Shown one piece after another: positions 18,127 to 26,499 of a DNA stretch of 56,429 nucleotides. Positions within the stretch are counted from its first letter, which is position 1. Every line of letters starts with the position of its first letter. The translations under genes and the position numbers were made by a program. This DNA comes from a virus. Lineage: Duplodnaviria > Caudoviricetes. Below the pieces are notes generated by a model. That model had not been told where the DNA came from and did no database searches. It worked only from the letters and a program-made list of their open reading frames with translations. Location of the stretch: IMG/VR virus record IMGVR_UViG_3300020438_003800, positions 1 to 56,429 of that record. One strand, written 5' to 3'.

Positions 18127-18988
18127 TGTCTACCTTCTTTTTTAGTTGCTCTAATAGTTGTACTACTTCCGGATCATTTGTATCTGGCATTACTGCTTCT
18201 ATGCCAATATAAATTAATCCACGTTTTCCGGTATTAAGGTCTGGTATTCCGTATCCTGGAATGCTAAACACTTGTCCCGGGCGAGTGCCTTTTGGTATTG
18301 TTAATTTTATTTGCCTGTTATCTAATGTTTCTACTATTATAACACATCCTAGCAATAAGTCAAACACATTTATTTGTTTTTTTGTAATTAAATTGTTATT
18401 TTCCCTATCCCAGCCTTTTGTTTTCCTACATCTAATATTAACATGTAGATCTCCTCTTGGATATCTTGGATGGCCATCATCGCCTAGCCCTTGATATCTA
18501 ATGGTATCATTATGTCTTGCGCCTGCGGGAATGTCTACATTTACTGTTTCTAATCTGCCTGTCTGGGTTCTATATTGTATTATTTTTGTAGTGCCTAAAA
18601 GAACCTCTTGTAATGTAATATCAGCTTTGACACGTATGTCTTGATTCCTAGGTGTTCTAGGTTGTTGTTGTCTGTTTCCAAATAGATCTTCAAACGGTGA
18701 GCCTGCAAATGGATTACCTCCGCCATATTGCGTATTTGCTTGTCGCATTGCCTCTTCAAAGCCGCCTTGTTTAAAGTTAAAACCACCTTGCCCAGCAGTT
18801 TGTTGATGATCGTACAGACCTCGCTTTTGCGGATCTTTTAGTGTACTGTATGCTTCGTTGATTTGTTTGAATTTGGCTTCGTCACCGCCTCGGTCGGGGT
18901 GATGTTTCATACTTGCTTTCTTGTATGCAGCTTTAAGTTCTTTATCAGAAGCGTTTTTAGCAACGCCAAGAGTAGAATAGTGGTCCAT
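18110..18988 (-). CDS. dnaJ: DnaJ-class co-chaperone (type II/CbpA-like, no Zn finger)
   Basis: Start reassigned to MDHYSTLGV (ATG 18988); HPD motif, G/F-rich linker, GDLHV C-terminal domain. Confidence 0.9.
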   Translation of the reverse strand: MDHYSTLGVAKNASDKELKAAYKKASMKHHPDRGGDEAKFKQINEAYSTLKDPQKRGLYDHQQTAGQGGFNFKQGGFEEAMRQANTQYGGGNPFAGSPFEDLFGNRQQQPRTPRNQDIRVKADITLQEVLLGTTKIIQYRTQTGRLETVNVDIPAGARHNDTIRYQGLGDDGHPRYPRGDLHVNIRCRKTKGWDRENNNLITKKQINVFDLLLGCVIIVETLDNRQIKLTIPKGTRPGQVFSIPGYGIPDLNTGKRGLIYIGIEAVMPDTNDPEVVQLLEQLKKKVDNGRAQ

Positions 18989-19014
18989 ACAACTACTTAT
19001 CGTATGGACCACTA
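18978..19014 (-). promoter_or_regulatory. 13-bp perfect hairpin sequestering the dnaJ ATG, with a GATAAGTA late-type motif (18994-19001) in its loop
   Basis: Minus strand TAGTGGTCCATAC-GATAAGTAGTT-GTATGGACCACTA. Confidence 0.75.
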
Positions 19015-19031
19015 GTTAATAACAGTAGTGA

Positions 19032-19448
19032 TTATTTAGATTTTCCACTATATGCTTGTGCGCCAAAGAACGCCATAACAATTGCTGCAACTGAAACAAA
19101 ATATGTTGCTGCCATCGATCCTAATACAGTTGCCGCTTGATCTAAATTTAGCAATACTGCAATAACAACTGCAAATGGATATAGCAACATACCTATTAGT
19201 GCAAACCAAGCCATTTTACGTTGTGCATCACGCATAGCATCTTGGTCTTCTAGTTCTTTGCGTTTAAACTCTAAGTGCATCTCCATTTCTCTTTTGCTGA
19301 TATGCCCATCTCCGTTCATGTCAGCATCATCTGGCAATGCCCCGCGTTCTACAGTAAGTCCACTGTAGCTTACGCCTCCGACTGTTTCTGTTGCTGGTGC
19401 TGCCGCAACGGGTTCGGCTACTTCACTTTCAACTTTTTTTCTTGGCAT
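19032..19448 (-). CDS. EF-hand-containing two-TM membrane protein, holin-like candidate
   Basis: DMNGDGHISKRE 12-residue EF-hand loop, then two TM helices and a short basic end; lysis context. Confidence 0.55.
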   Translation of the reverse strand: MPRKKVESEVAEPVAAAPATETVGGVSYSGLTVERGALPDDADMNGDGHISKREMEMHLEFKRKELEDQDAMRDAQRKMAWFALIGMLLYPFAVVIAVLLNLDQAATVLGSMAATYFVSVAAIVMAFFGAQAYSGKSK

Positions 19449-19863
19449 TTAAATTCCCTCCGGTTAGTTCGTCAATTTTTTGCCCATTTTCGTGTATACG
19501 CTGTGTGTTTTGCACAGGTGTAGCATCAAATATTACCTTTTCAAGTTTCAACGAAGATATTCTTTCATTAGGTATGTATCTCCAGCAATAGTCACCTTCA
19601 AACTCACCGTTTGATTTATGTATACCAAACACTGTTGTAGTATTTCCTATCTTAACAATAAGAGCTCTTTCACCGTCTAGTATAACTTTATCACCTTCCT
19701 TGAAATCAGGATTCATTTTGAATGCCATCCCTTTTGCAACTTTAGTTGCGTAATCTTTAAACATTAGTGTAATTACTAATGCAAGTAATGCGCCTACAAA
19801 CGGCATGGCTAATTCAGCTAGTTCTAGTCCAACACCACCAGCACTCATTATTTCGCTTTCCAT
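19429..19863 (-). CDS. Miniature MscS-like protein (one TM plus Sm-like beta domain)
   Basis: FKEGDKVILDGERALIVKIG-x-TTT...YIPNERI matches the MscS middle-domain pattern. Confidence 0.6.
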   Translation of the reverse strand: MESEIMSAGGVGLELAELAMPFVGALLALVITLMFKDYATKVAKGMAFKMNPDFKEGDKVILDGERALIVKIGNTTTVFGIHKSNGEFEGDYCWRYIPNERISSLKLEKVIFDATPVQNTQRIHENGQKIDELTGGNLNAKKKS

Positions 19864-20138
19864 TACTTGTTCTCCAATTCTTTAATACGAGCTTCTAACT
19901 CGTCTATTTTCTTTGTTACATATGGATACTTTTTGCGCCATGCATCTAACGGCTGTTCAAACCAAGTTAGGCCCCATCGCTCAACTAACCAATCTAGTAA
20001 CATATCAAACTTTGCATAACACCAAAGCCCTGCTCGAGTATTTTTAAAATATGCAAGGAAAGCCGCGCCGAGCAATGCGCCTATTATACTGGTGTATATC
20101 CACAGCGTATCGCCGAGAAGTTTATCTATAAAATCCAT
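19863..20138 (-). CDS. Small single-TM protein (holin/antiholin candidate)
   Basis: TM WIYTSIIGALLGAAFLAYF, C-terminal coiled coil; SD AAGGA. Confidence 0.55.
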   Translation of the reverse strand: MDFIDKLLGDTLWIYTSIIGALLGAAFLAYFKNTRAGLWCYAKFDMLLDWLVERWGLTWFEQPLDAWRKKYPYVTKKIDELEARIKELENK

Positions 20139-20156
20139 CGCGGTTCCTTCTACTAG

Positions 20157-20164
20157 TATTTATA
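20157..20164 (-). promoter_or_regulatory. Exact T4 late promoter consensus TATAAATA
   Basis: Intergenic, upstream of 20138. Confidence 0.7.
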
Positions 20165-20174
20165 CTAATATTTT

Positions 20175-21695
20175 CTATTTTTGGAGGGTATAGTCACCAA
20201 TTACTATACTGTCTATTGCTGTTTTGTGGAATATATCCCAGCAATTAGACTTATATCCTGCAATTGGTTTTGTGTTTACATTTAAACTTGTGTTTAGTAA
20301 CATAGGAATGCCTGTAAGCTTCCTAAATTCTTCTATTAATTCAGCATATAGAGGGTTTTCGTTCCCTACAGTCTGTATACGACATGTATTATCCACATGA
20401 GTAATAGGAGCAAATGCCTTTGGATCTCTAACTTTTTGCACATATAGCATATATGGACTAGGTTCGTTCCACTCAAAATAATCATTTACATGATCTAACA
20501 ACACAGATGCACCAAATGGTCTGTATGGCTCTCTAAACTTTACTTTACTGTTTATAATGTCTTTGCCATTTTCTACATTTGGATTCATCAGCACCGATCT
20601 ATTACCTAGTGCCCGCGGTCCTATTTCCCCGTGTCCTTGATACCATCCTACTATGTCTCCTTTTGCAAGACGTTCGGCAGTTTGTTTAATGGTTTTTGTT
20701 GATGCAACTGAACCAGGATGTTGGTCATCTTGCCAAAAAGGAAATCCTGAAGTATCAAAGGAGTCAGCATCATGTATTTGTCGCAAAACTTCTATACAAC
20801 CTAAACTTAACCCGCCATCATAGTTGTGAGGTGGTATATGTAAGTTAGGTATTACCTTTTTAATCTTAGTATTAATACAGGTATTTTGCGCAATTCCGCC
20901 TGTGTATGTAACTACTTCATTTGGATTACAATGCTCTAAAAAATAATTAGGATATATTTTTTCTAAATGGTCATGTACTGTGCGTAACCAGTTTACCCAT
21001 TCACATTCTACTAAGTTTTTACTACCTTTATATGCATACCATTTTTGTATATTTAAAAGTTCAGCAATATCGTACATTCCGAAGTGTGAAATTTGTTTAT
21101 AAAAATCTAAATCAAAATTTCCATATGACTTTAGTCCCATTAATTTACCAGCATGATCTAAATGATAGCCATTCATGCCAACATGCTCGCCGATTGTGCC
21201 AAAATACCTACCTATACTCTCTGCTTCGGATAATTTAGCATAGTGTGTTTGTTTTTTATTCTTATATATTGTATGCGATCGTTCATCGTCGCCAAAGCCG
21301 TCAAATACAAAGTCTGTAGTAGATTCTATACCCATGGGCCAGCAACTCATTACATGTGCATAATGATGGTCTATTCTATAAATTGGACACTTTATTTGTT
21401 CCCAGTGAGGGTATTGATGATTTAGTATTTCATATGGAGCATCGTAATCATTTACTTGAATACACTCATAGTTTTTATCATCTATAACTAAACCTATAGC
21501 ATCAATATCGCTAACATTTATATTCCATTCTTCTAACACAAATAACCATTCCCACAAGTTACTGTAGTAGTGGTGTTTTATTTGTGTATTACGTTCAGTT
21601 TTTCTGTATTTTACTTTTGAACCGATTGACAGTGCTATATTTGTGTCGTGTTCACACAGTCTTAGGCCCAGGAATACTGGTTGATTTTTTATCAT
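20175..21695 (-). CDS. CmcH/NodU/TobZ-family O-carbamoyltransferase
   Basis: HDTNIAL, IDHHYAH, FDGFGD, GKLMGL, GGIAQN, EIGPRALGNRS, KFREPYRPF, THVDNTCRIQTV, LLNTSLN. Confidence 0.9.
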   Translation of the reverse strand: MIKNQPVFLGLRLCEHDTNIALSIGSKVKYRKTERNTQIKHHYYSNLWEWLFVLEEWNINVSDIDAIGLVIDDKNYECIQVNDYDAPYEILNHQYPHWEQIKCPIYRIDHHYAHVMSCWPMGIESTTDFVFDGFGDDERSHTIYKNKKQTHYAKLSEAESIGRYFGTIGEHVGMNGYHLDHAGKLMGLKSYGNFDLDFYKQISHFGMYDIAELLNIQKWYAYKGSKNLVECEWVNWLRTVHDHLEKIYPNYFLEHCNPNEVVTYTGGIAQNTCINTKIKKVIPNLHIPPHNYDGGLSLGCIEVLRQIHDADSFDTSGFPFWQDDQHPGSVASTKTIKQTAERLAKGDIVGWYQGHGEIGPRALGNRSVLMNPNVENGKDIINSKVKFREPYRPFGASVLLDHVNDYFEWNEPSPYMLYVQKVRDPKAFAPITHVDNTCRIQTVGNENPLYAELIEEFRKLTGIPMLLNTSLNVNTKPIAGYKSNCWDIFHKTAIDSIVIGDYTLQK

Positions 21696-22168
21696 TTAAA
21701 TGGATTTATTTTATCTACTAGTGATTCTTCTAAAGCTTCAGCATTTGCAGCATCAGCGGCTTCTTCTTGTTGGCGTTGTGTTTCTGCTGTATCTAGTGCT
21801 TGGTTTGCAGCTTTATAATAGTTTTCATATGCAGCAATTATAGATTGTTGTTGTTGAACAAGAGCACGTATGTCACTAAAATTCATTCCTAATGCTTCGT
21901 AACCGTTTGCGTTAAGTGCAAATATTGCTAAAGGCTTGCCGCCCTTAGTCCATTTAGCAACTTCTTCTTCCATGTTTTCTTCAGTGATTATTACCCATTC
22001 AATTTTTCGCATGGATACAGTATCAACATTAGGTAACACAAGTTCTGGTTTTGCAATCGGCTTAGTTGTTACTTCAATTCGCTGGGGTACTGATGAGCAA
22101 GCCCCTAGACTTAAAATCATCATAAAGCCAAGGACACTCGTTATTAAAACTTTTAGCTGTCTCTGCAT
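21692..22168 (-). CDS. Outer-membrane spanin lipoprotein (o-spanin) candidate
   Basis: Signal peptide with lipobox LGA-C, Pro-rich segment, overlaps i-spanin 3' end. Confidence 0.65.
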   Translation of the reverse strand: MQRQLKVLITSVLGFMMILSLGACSSVPQRIEVTTKPIAKPELVLPNVDTVSMRKIEWVIITEENMEEEVAKWTKGGKPLAIFALNANGYEALGMNFSDIRALVQQQQSIIAAYENYYKAANQALDTAETQRQQEEAADAANAEALEESLVDKINPFK

Positions 22169-22556
22169 TTTTCTCTCTCTCCGTTAGGGGTGAACCTGAT
22201 AGTAATTCAAAACATCTGCCTGCATTTTTAGAACCGCCGTTAATTAATCTTTGTACTGATCTTGGCCTCGCAGCCGCGGTTAATTCTAAGTCATGTTCTT
22301 GTAATTTTGATGCAAGCTCGTTATTCTGTTGTCTAATAGCATTAAATTGGTCGTTTGTTTCTCTTAATGCTTTGTTTGCAGCTTCTATGTCAGCTGTTAT
22401 TGCTTGTATAGTTGCTTCATTTGTTGCAACTGCCAGGTTTAGTTTTGCATTGTTTTCAGTTAATACAGCAATAGTTTTTTGTGTGTCAGTATAGTACCAA
22501 TATCCTATACCACCCATGGTCATCATAACAATTAAAAGCATTCCTGACAGTTTCAT
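22074..22556 (-). CDS. Inner-membrane spanin (i-spanin) candidate
   Basis: N-terminal TM, long coiled coil, two Cys near C-terminus; follows the endolysin. Confidence 0.65.
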   Translation of the reverse strand: MKLSGMLLIVMMTMGGIGYWYYTDTQKTIAVLTENNAKLNLAVATNEATIQAITADIEAANKALRETNDQFNAIRQQNNELASKLQEHDLELTAAARPRSVQRLINGGSKNAGRCFELLSGSPLTEREKNAETAKSFNNECPWLYDDFKSRGLLISTPAN

Positions 22557-22560
22557 AAAT

Positions 22561-23409
22561 TTAGTCTCCGAACATTAATTTAAGGCTGGACGGGCCCATT
22601 ATTCCATCTGCTGTTAGTCCATTGGCTTCTTGCCAAACCTTTACATGTGCTTCTGTACCTCTACCGAAAATACCGTCTGCACCAATTTCTAATTCTTCTT
22701 GTACTGCACGTACTGTAGGTCCTTTAGACCCAACTCGCACAGTTTCGTATGCAATTTCACCTGGTTCCCAGTCTCCGCCTAATACTTCCATAGCATGTTT
22801 ATAATGCTTTTCGCGGTCTTCTAAGCCAATGTAGCCACCGTTAATACGCTTTGTAGCACCTTTAATGTCTAGTGCGTCACAATATTTATTCAAATTATTA
22901 GTGTCCCAGTACCAACATGCTGAATCTAATGCACCTTTTTTTGTACGCACATAGTCTACTGCTTCTTCTGGGGACATGTCGACTTCTTCGCCGAATTTTG
23001 TATAATTGTATCTGCCTGTAAGTTGCAGAATGCCGCCGCCCCTAAATCTCCAACCATCACCACTGTCGGTATCGCCGTTGTCCATTCTGCTTGCGTAAAT
23101 AACGTTCGCAATTTTACGAGGCTGTCTGTGATACGCATTTGCATCTCTCCCTGCTCTTTCAAAGTATTTAGGAAAGATACTATTAAGTGCTTTTGCACTG
23201 TAATTTAAATTTTCTGATAATACTTTAAAGTTATTAGATTCGTGTCCACATTGGGCAATAAACATTGCTACTCTTTCTGCCGAGTCTACTTCCCATAGCG
23301 GTAATATTTCGCACATTGCGTCATACCAATCTTCAGCTTCTTCGTTACCACGAAGCAATTCAATTACCATTTCTTCAGTGAATTGAAATCCAAAATCTTC
23401 AGCTGCCAT
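22561..23409 (-). CDS. Endolysin: GH19 domain plus C-terminal peptidoglycan-binding domain
   Basis: AMFIAQCGHES, ENLNYS, DGWRFRGGGILQLTGRYNY, TKRINGG; ADGIFG...ADGIMGP repeats. Confidence 0.9.
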   Translation of the reverse strand: MAAEDFGFQFTEEMVIELLRGNEEAEDWYDAMCEILPLWEVDSAERVAMFIAQCGHESNNFKVLSENLNYSAKALNSIFPKYFERAGRDANAYHRQPRKIANVIYASRMDNGDTDSGDGWRFRGGGILQLTGRYNYTKFGEEVDMSPEEAVDYVRTKKGALDSACWYWDTNNLNKYCDALDIKGATKRINGGYIGLEDREKHYKHAMEVLGGDWEPGEIAYETVRVGSKGPTVRAVQEELEIGADGIFGRGTEAHVKVWQEANGLTADGIMGPSSLKLMFGD

Positions 23410-23557
23410 TTTTCTGATCCTTTTCCTTACTGCATAATTCGCAATGACAGGCTTTACAAACTGTCACACTATATATACCAAATTCGTGTGCATTTACGGA
23501 GCAGTCTTGAGTTTTATTACAGTGTGAAGGGTTCCCGCAATTAATACATTGCGTCAT
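23399..23557 (-). CDS. Small Cys-rich metal-binding protein (52 aa)
   Basis: Not in ORF track; MTQCINCGNPSHCNKTQDCSVNAHEFGIYSVTVCKACHCELCSKEKDQKNGS; ATGA overlap upstream and overlaps endolysin start. Confidence 0.6.
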   Translation of the reverse strand: MTQCINCGNPSHCNKTQDCSVNAHEFGIYSVTVCKACHCELCSKEKDQKNGS

Positions 23558-24273
23558 AAAATAATACGTTCCAATACAAGTGTATCGTTATTATTAGTAA
23601 ATGTTAATTTACTGCCGTATTTTGTAATATTATAATCTCCAATATACTTACTTAGGAAAATTATTTCTGCAAAATCATTCGGATTAAATGATTCGTTAAT
23701 TGAATCTAATGTTTCTTGTGTAGGACCAAAGTCTATGTATTTAAATGCAACTGGGTCTGCATAAGCTTTTTTAATTATTAGTGTATCATTGTGCATAGTT
23801 ACATCTTCTACAAAACTTTTGTCAAAAAAGTTCTTATAGTTTTGCATTCTGCCTTCTTGAATAGCAACATCATAATCGTCTGCTGTAATAGGTAGTACTT
23901 CTTCTAAATTTTCAGACGTAAGATCCTTACTTTTGAAATTTTTGTAATAACGGAAACGCATTTTATCATTGCTAGTCAAATTTTGAATACCGTCTATAAT
24001 TTCCATTATATTTTCACTAGAATCTTTACCACGTTCTATCTCAATAAACACCCGGTATCTTCCGTCACTCTGCTCACCCGGTGTTGCATCAGCATCAAGT
24101 ACTGAAGAATATCCTCTTTCAACAAAATTAGACAAATCTGTAGCTGCCTCGCTAGTAAGAGTACTTAATGCAACAACAATGATGTCATTGTCACTGCCCA
24201 TTTTACTCTTATAACTGTCTATTTCAACAACACTGTCTACTAGGTCTCGTAAGTCGCCTGTTCTAAGAGTCAT
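23554..24273 (-). CDS. Hypothetical late protein
   Basis: 239 aa, ATGA-coupled, downstream of late motif. Confidence 0.7.
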   Translation of the reverse strand: MTLRTGDLRDLVDSVVEIDSYKSKMGSDNDIIVVALSTLTSEAATDLSNFVERGYSSVLDADATPGEQSDGRYRVFIEIERGKDSSENIMEIIDGIQNLTSNDKMRFRYYKNFKSKDLTSENLEEVLPITADDYDVAIQEGRMQNYKNFFDKSFVEDVTMHNDTLIIKKAYADPVAFKYIDFGPTQETLDSINESFNPNDFAEIIFLSKYIGDYNITKYGSKLTFTNNNDTLVLERIIL

Positions 24274-24809
24274 AATTGTGCTCCTGCTTCTGTATCACTT
24301 GTGTCTGCAAGCTCTTCTGCATCTTGTGTTTCTGGTGAATCAGGCATAATATTACTTTTGTCTTGTTGTGTATTTTGCAATAAATTTACATCCTGCATGT
24401 ATCCTGAATAAACATCTTGTATTAGTTTTGTTGGCATTTGAATTTCAACTACCCAGATAGGTAATCTATCAAGTTTACCTTTTTTTGTACCTGGACGTAT
24501 ATCATCCGGTTTTTCAATTTTTCTTGGTGAAATTATACTAGATTTTTTGTATCTCACTTTACAATCATAGTCAAGTAATCTTTTACCACCCATTGGATCA
24601 GGCATTTCATCTTGTGGCCAAAAGAAGCTGCATGTTACCCAATGTCTATCTATCATAGGTCCTTCTGCTACTTCTCCCTTTTCCCAATTTGCATATACAT
24701 ACAAATCTAAGTGGTCCAAAACTCTTTCAAAATCTTTAAGAATAGAAAAAGCATCATTTGAACCGTATATAGATTCAATGTTTTTAATTATGTCTAGTGA
24801 GTCATACAT
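24270..24809 (-). CDS. Hypothetical late protein
   Basis: 179 aa; first gene after GATAAATA at 24842. Confidence 0.7.
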   Translation of the reverse strand: MYDSLDIIKNIESIYGSNDAFSILKDFERVLDHLDLYVYANWEKGEVAEGPMIDRHWVTCSFFWPQDEMPDPMGGKRLLDYDCKVRYKKSSIISPRKIEKPDDIRPGTKKGKLDRLPIWVVEIQMPTKLIQDVYSGYMQDVNLLQNTQQDKSNIMPDSPETQDAEELADTSDTEAGAQL

Positions 24810-24841
24810 TATTTAAATACCTATAATTTCTTTGCTAGTAT

Positions 24842-24849
24842 TATTTATC
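24842..24849 (-). promoter_or_regulatory. Late-type promoter GATAAATA heading the operon that contains the endolysin
   Basis: Intergenic, divergent from the phoH motif. Confidence 0.6.
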
Positions 24850-24915
24850 TGAAAACGATAGTTATATAATTTTCTCTGAGAGAAAAACTATGTGTTTTAG
24901 ATGAGCAATCGATGG

Positions 24916-24965
24916 TAAATACTTTTGTAGGGCTACTATGTTCTGCGAACAAAGTAAACCTTACA
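24916..24965 (+). promoter_or_regulatory. Late-type TAAATA followed by a structured phoH 5' leader
   Basis: TAAATA 24916-24921, then nested stems TGTAGGG/CCTTACA, TACT/AGTA, TGTTC/GAACA. Confidence 0.55.
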
Positions 24966-24992
24966 GCATATACCACCAAAGGAGGACCTTTA

Positions 24993-25712
24993 ATGGGTGC
25001 AAAAAGGAAAGCACAAAACCGTGCAAAGACCGGCTACAATAACGTAGTTGAATTTAACGTACAACAAAAACAGCAAACAGTAACTATACTTCCAAGAAAT
25101 AAAAATCAAGAAACTTACGTCCTAAAACTACTAGACACAACCAAAGACATCGTATTTGGTATTGGTCCAGCGGGTACAGGAAAGACGTTGCTTGCAGTCC
25201 AAGCGGCTGTAAAGCTTTTCAAGGAAGGTGATGTAGATAAAATCATAGTTACTCGTCCAGCAGTATCAGTAGACGAAGACTTAGGTTTTCTTCCAGGTAC
25301 GCTAGAGCAGAAAATGGCTCCATGGACAAGACCTATTTTTGATGTATTGCGCGACTATTTTGACGCTCGTCAAATAGAAGGAATGATAGAAGAAGGAATT
25401 ATTGAAATTGCGCCGCTAGCATATATGCGTGGACGAACATTTAAACGTTCTTTTATTTTAGCTGACGAAATGCAGAATGCTACACCAAATCAAACTAAGA
25501 TGTTATTAACACGCTTAGGAGAAGGCAGTAAAATGGCTGTCACAGGTGATTTAGCACAAGCCGACCGTTTGAAAGATAACGGACTAATAGACTTTACTAA
25601 TCGTTTATTAGAATTAAACTTAACTCATATAGACATAGTCAACTTTGGACAAGGAGATATAGAAAGACACGATGCAGTTAAGGAAGTTCTTCAAGTTTAT
25701 GGAGATGAATAA
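24993..25712 (+). CDS. phoH: PhoH-family ATPase
   Basis: Start reassigned to ATG 24993 (SD AAAGGAGG); GPAGTGKT, LGFLPG, YMRGRT, DEMQN, LTRLG, TGDLAQ. Confidence 0.95.
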   Translation: MGAKRKAQNRAKTGYNNVVEFNVQQKQQTVTILPRNKNQETYVLKLLDTTKDIVFGIGPAGTGKTLLAVQAAVKLFKEGDVDKIIVTRPAVSVDEDLGFLPGTLEQKMAPWTRPIFDVLRDYFDARQIEGMIEEGIIEIAPLAYMRGRTFKRSFILADEMQNATPNQTKMLLTRLGEGSKMAVTGDLAQADRLKDNGLIDFTNRLLELNLTHIDIVNFGQGDIERHDAVKEVLQVYGDE

Positions 25713-26130
25713 CTTCAATATCTGACTTACTTAGAAAAAGTAATCCCTGTGTGCTACGGTATTCTTCAGCGTAGTACACAGTGGTTATCCCGCTTTGATA
25801 TATTAGTTTAGCACAATCAATGCAAGGCGCATGAGTAACAAATAAAGTTGCTCCTTCACCACTTTCGTGTGAACTTGCTAGTTTGGCAATTGCGTTGGTT
25901 TCAGCATGAAGTACTTCTCTTTTACTTTTAGTAATGGTATTACCCCATTCATCCTCGCCATCCCATTCTTCACAACAGTTATCCCAACCGCTAGGCATTC
26001 CATTATACCCAATACTAATAATACGATCATTTTTTACAATTATTGCACCTACTTTTAACCGCTTGGCATGACTTAGCAGGGCAAAACGTTTGGCAACATC
26101 CATATATGCATCTATAAACCTTTGCTTCAT
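25678..26130 (-). CDS. dCMP deaminase (ComEB-like)
   Basis: IISIGYNG, HAETNAI, APCIDC Zn motifs. Confidence 0.93.
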   Translation of the reverse strand: MKQRFIDAYMDVAKRFALLSHAKRLKVGAIIVKNDRIISIGYNGMPSGWDNCCEEWDGEDEWGNTITKSKREVLHAETNAIAKLASSHESGEGATLFVTHAPCIDCAKLIYQSGITTVYYAEEYRSTQGLLFLSKSDIEVIHLHKLEELP

Positions 26131-26285
26131 TATTTTTTTTCTTTAGCCTTAGCTTTCTTTTTTGGGCCCCATGTGTATGTTAAATCTTCTGTACGTGCTC
26201 CTGGAGGACAAACTGTTATTTTGTTTCCTTCCGCAAGCCATTTTTCAACATCTGTTTTATTTTCGTCTGTCATTTCATCTCTCAT
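26130..26285 (-). CDS. Small protein with SutA-like motif (51 aa)
   Basis: Not in ORF track; MRDEMTDENKTDVEKWLAEGNKITVCPPGARTEDLTYTWGPKKKAKAKEKK; TAATG-coupled to dCMP deaminase. Confidence 0.55.
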   Translation of the reverse strand: MRDEMTDENKTDVEKWLAEGNKITVCPPGARTEDLTYTWGPKKKAKAKEKK

Positions 26286-26499
26286 TTTTTATTATCTCCA
26301 TTAAAAATTCATTCTTTGTATAAATGTAGCTCCAATAAGGACCTTTGATAGGCGGCTTACCGTTATCGTCATAGTATGTATGTTGCTCATAATATTTCTC
26401 TAACCATATACGCTTGCGTGATCCGCTACGTATGGGCCACCAAGCAAACTTTTCTTCTACAGATCTCTGCGGATCTTGTTGCCAGTTCCATCCCATCAT
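26275..26499 (-). CDS. Hypothetical Trp-rich protein
   Basis: KFAWWPIR...RIWLEKYY; coupled to thyA stop. Confidence 0.6.
   Translation of the reverse strand: MMGWNWQQDPQRSVEEKFAWWPIRSGSRKRIWLEKYYEQHTYYDDNGKPPIKGPYWSYIYTKNEFLMEIIKNER

Noticed and set aside
20154-20167. Palindrome TAGTAT-AA-ATACTA around the TATAAATA promoter
   Set aside because: AT-rich, 2-nt loop, largely a by-product of the promoter motif.
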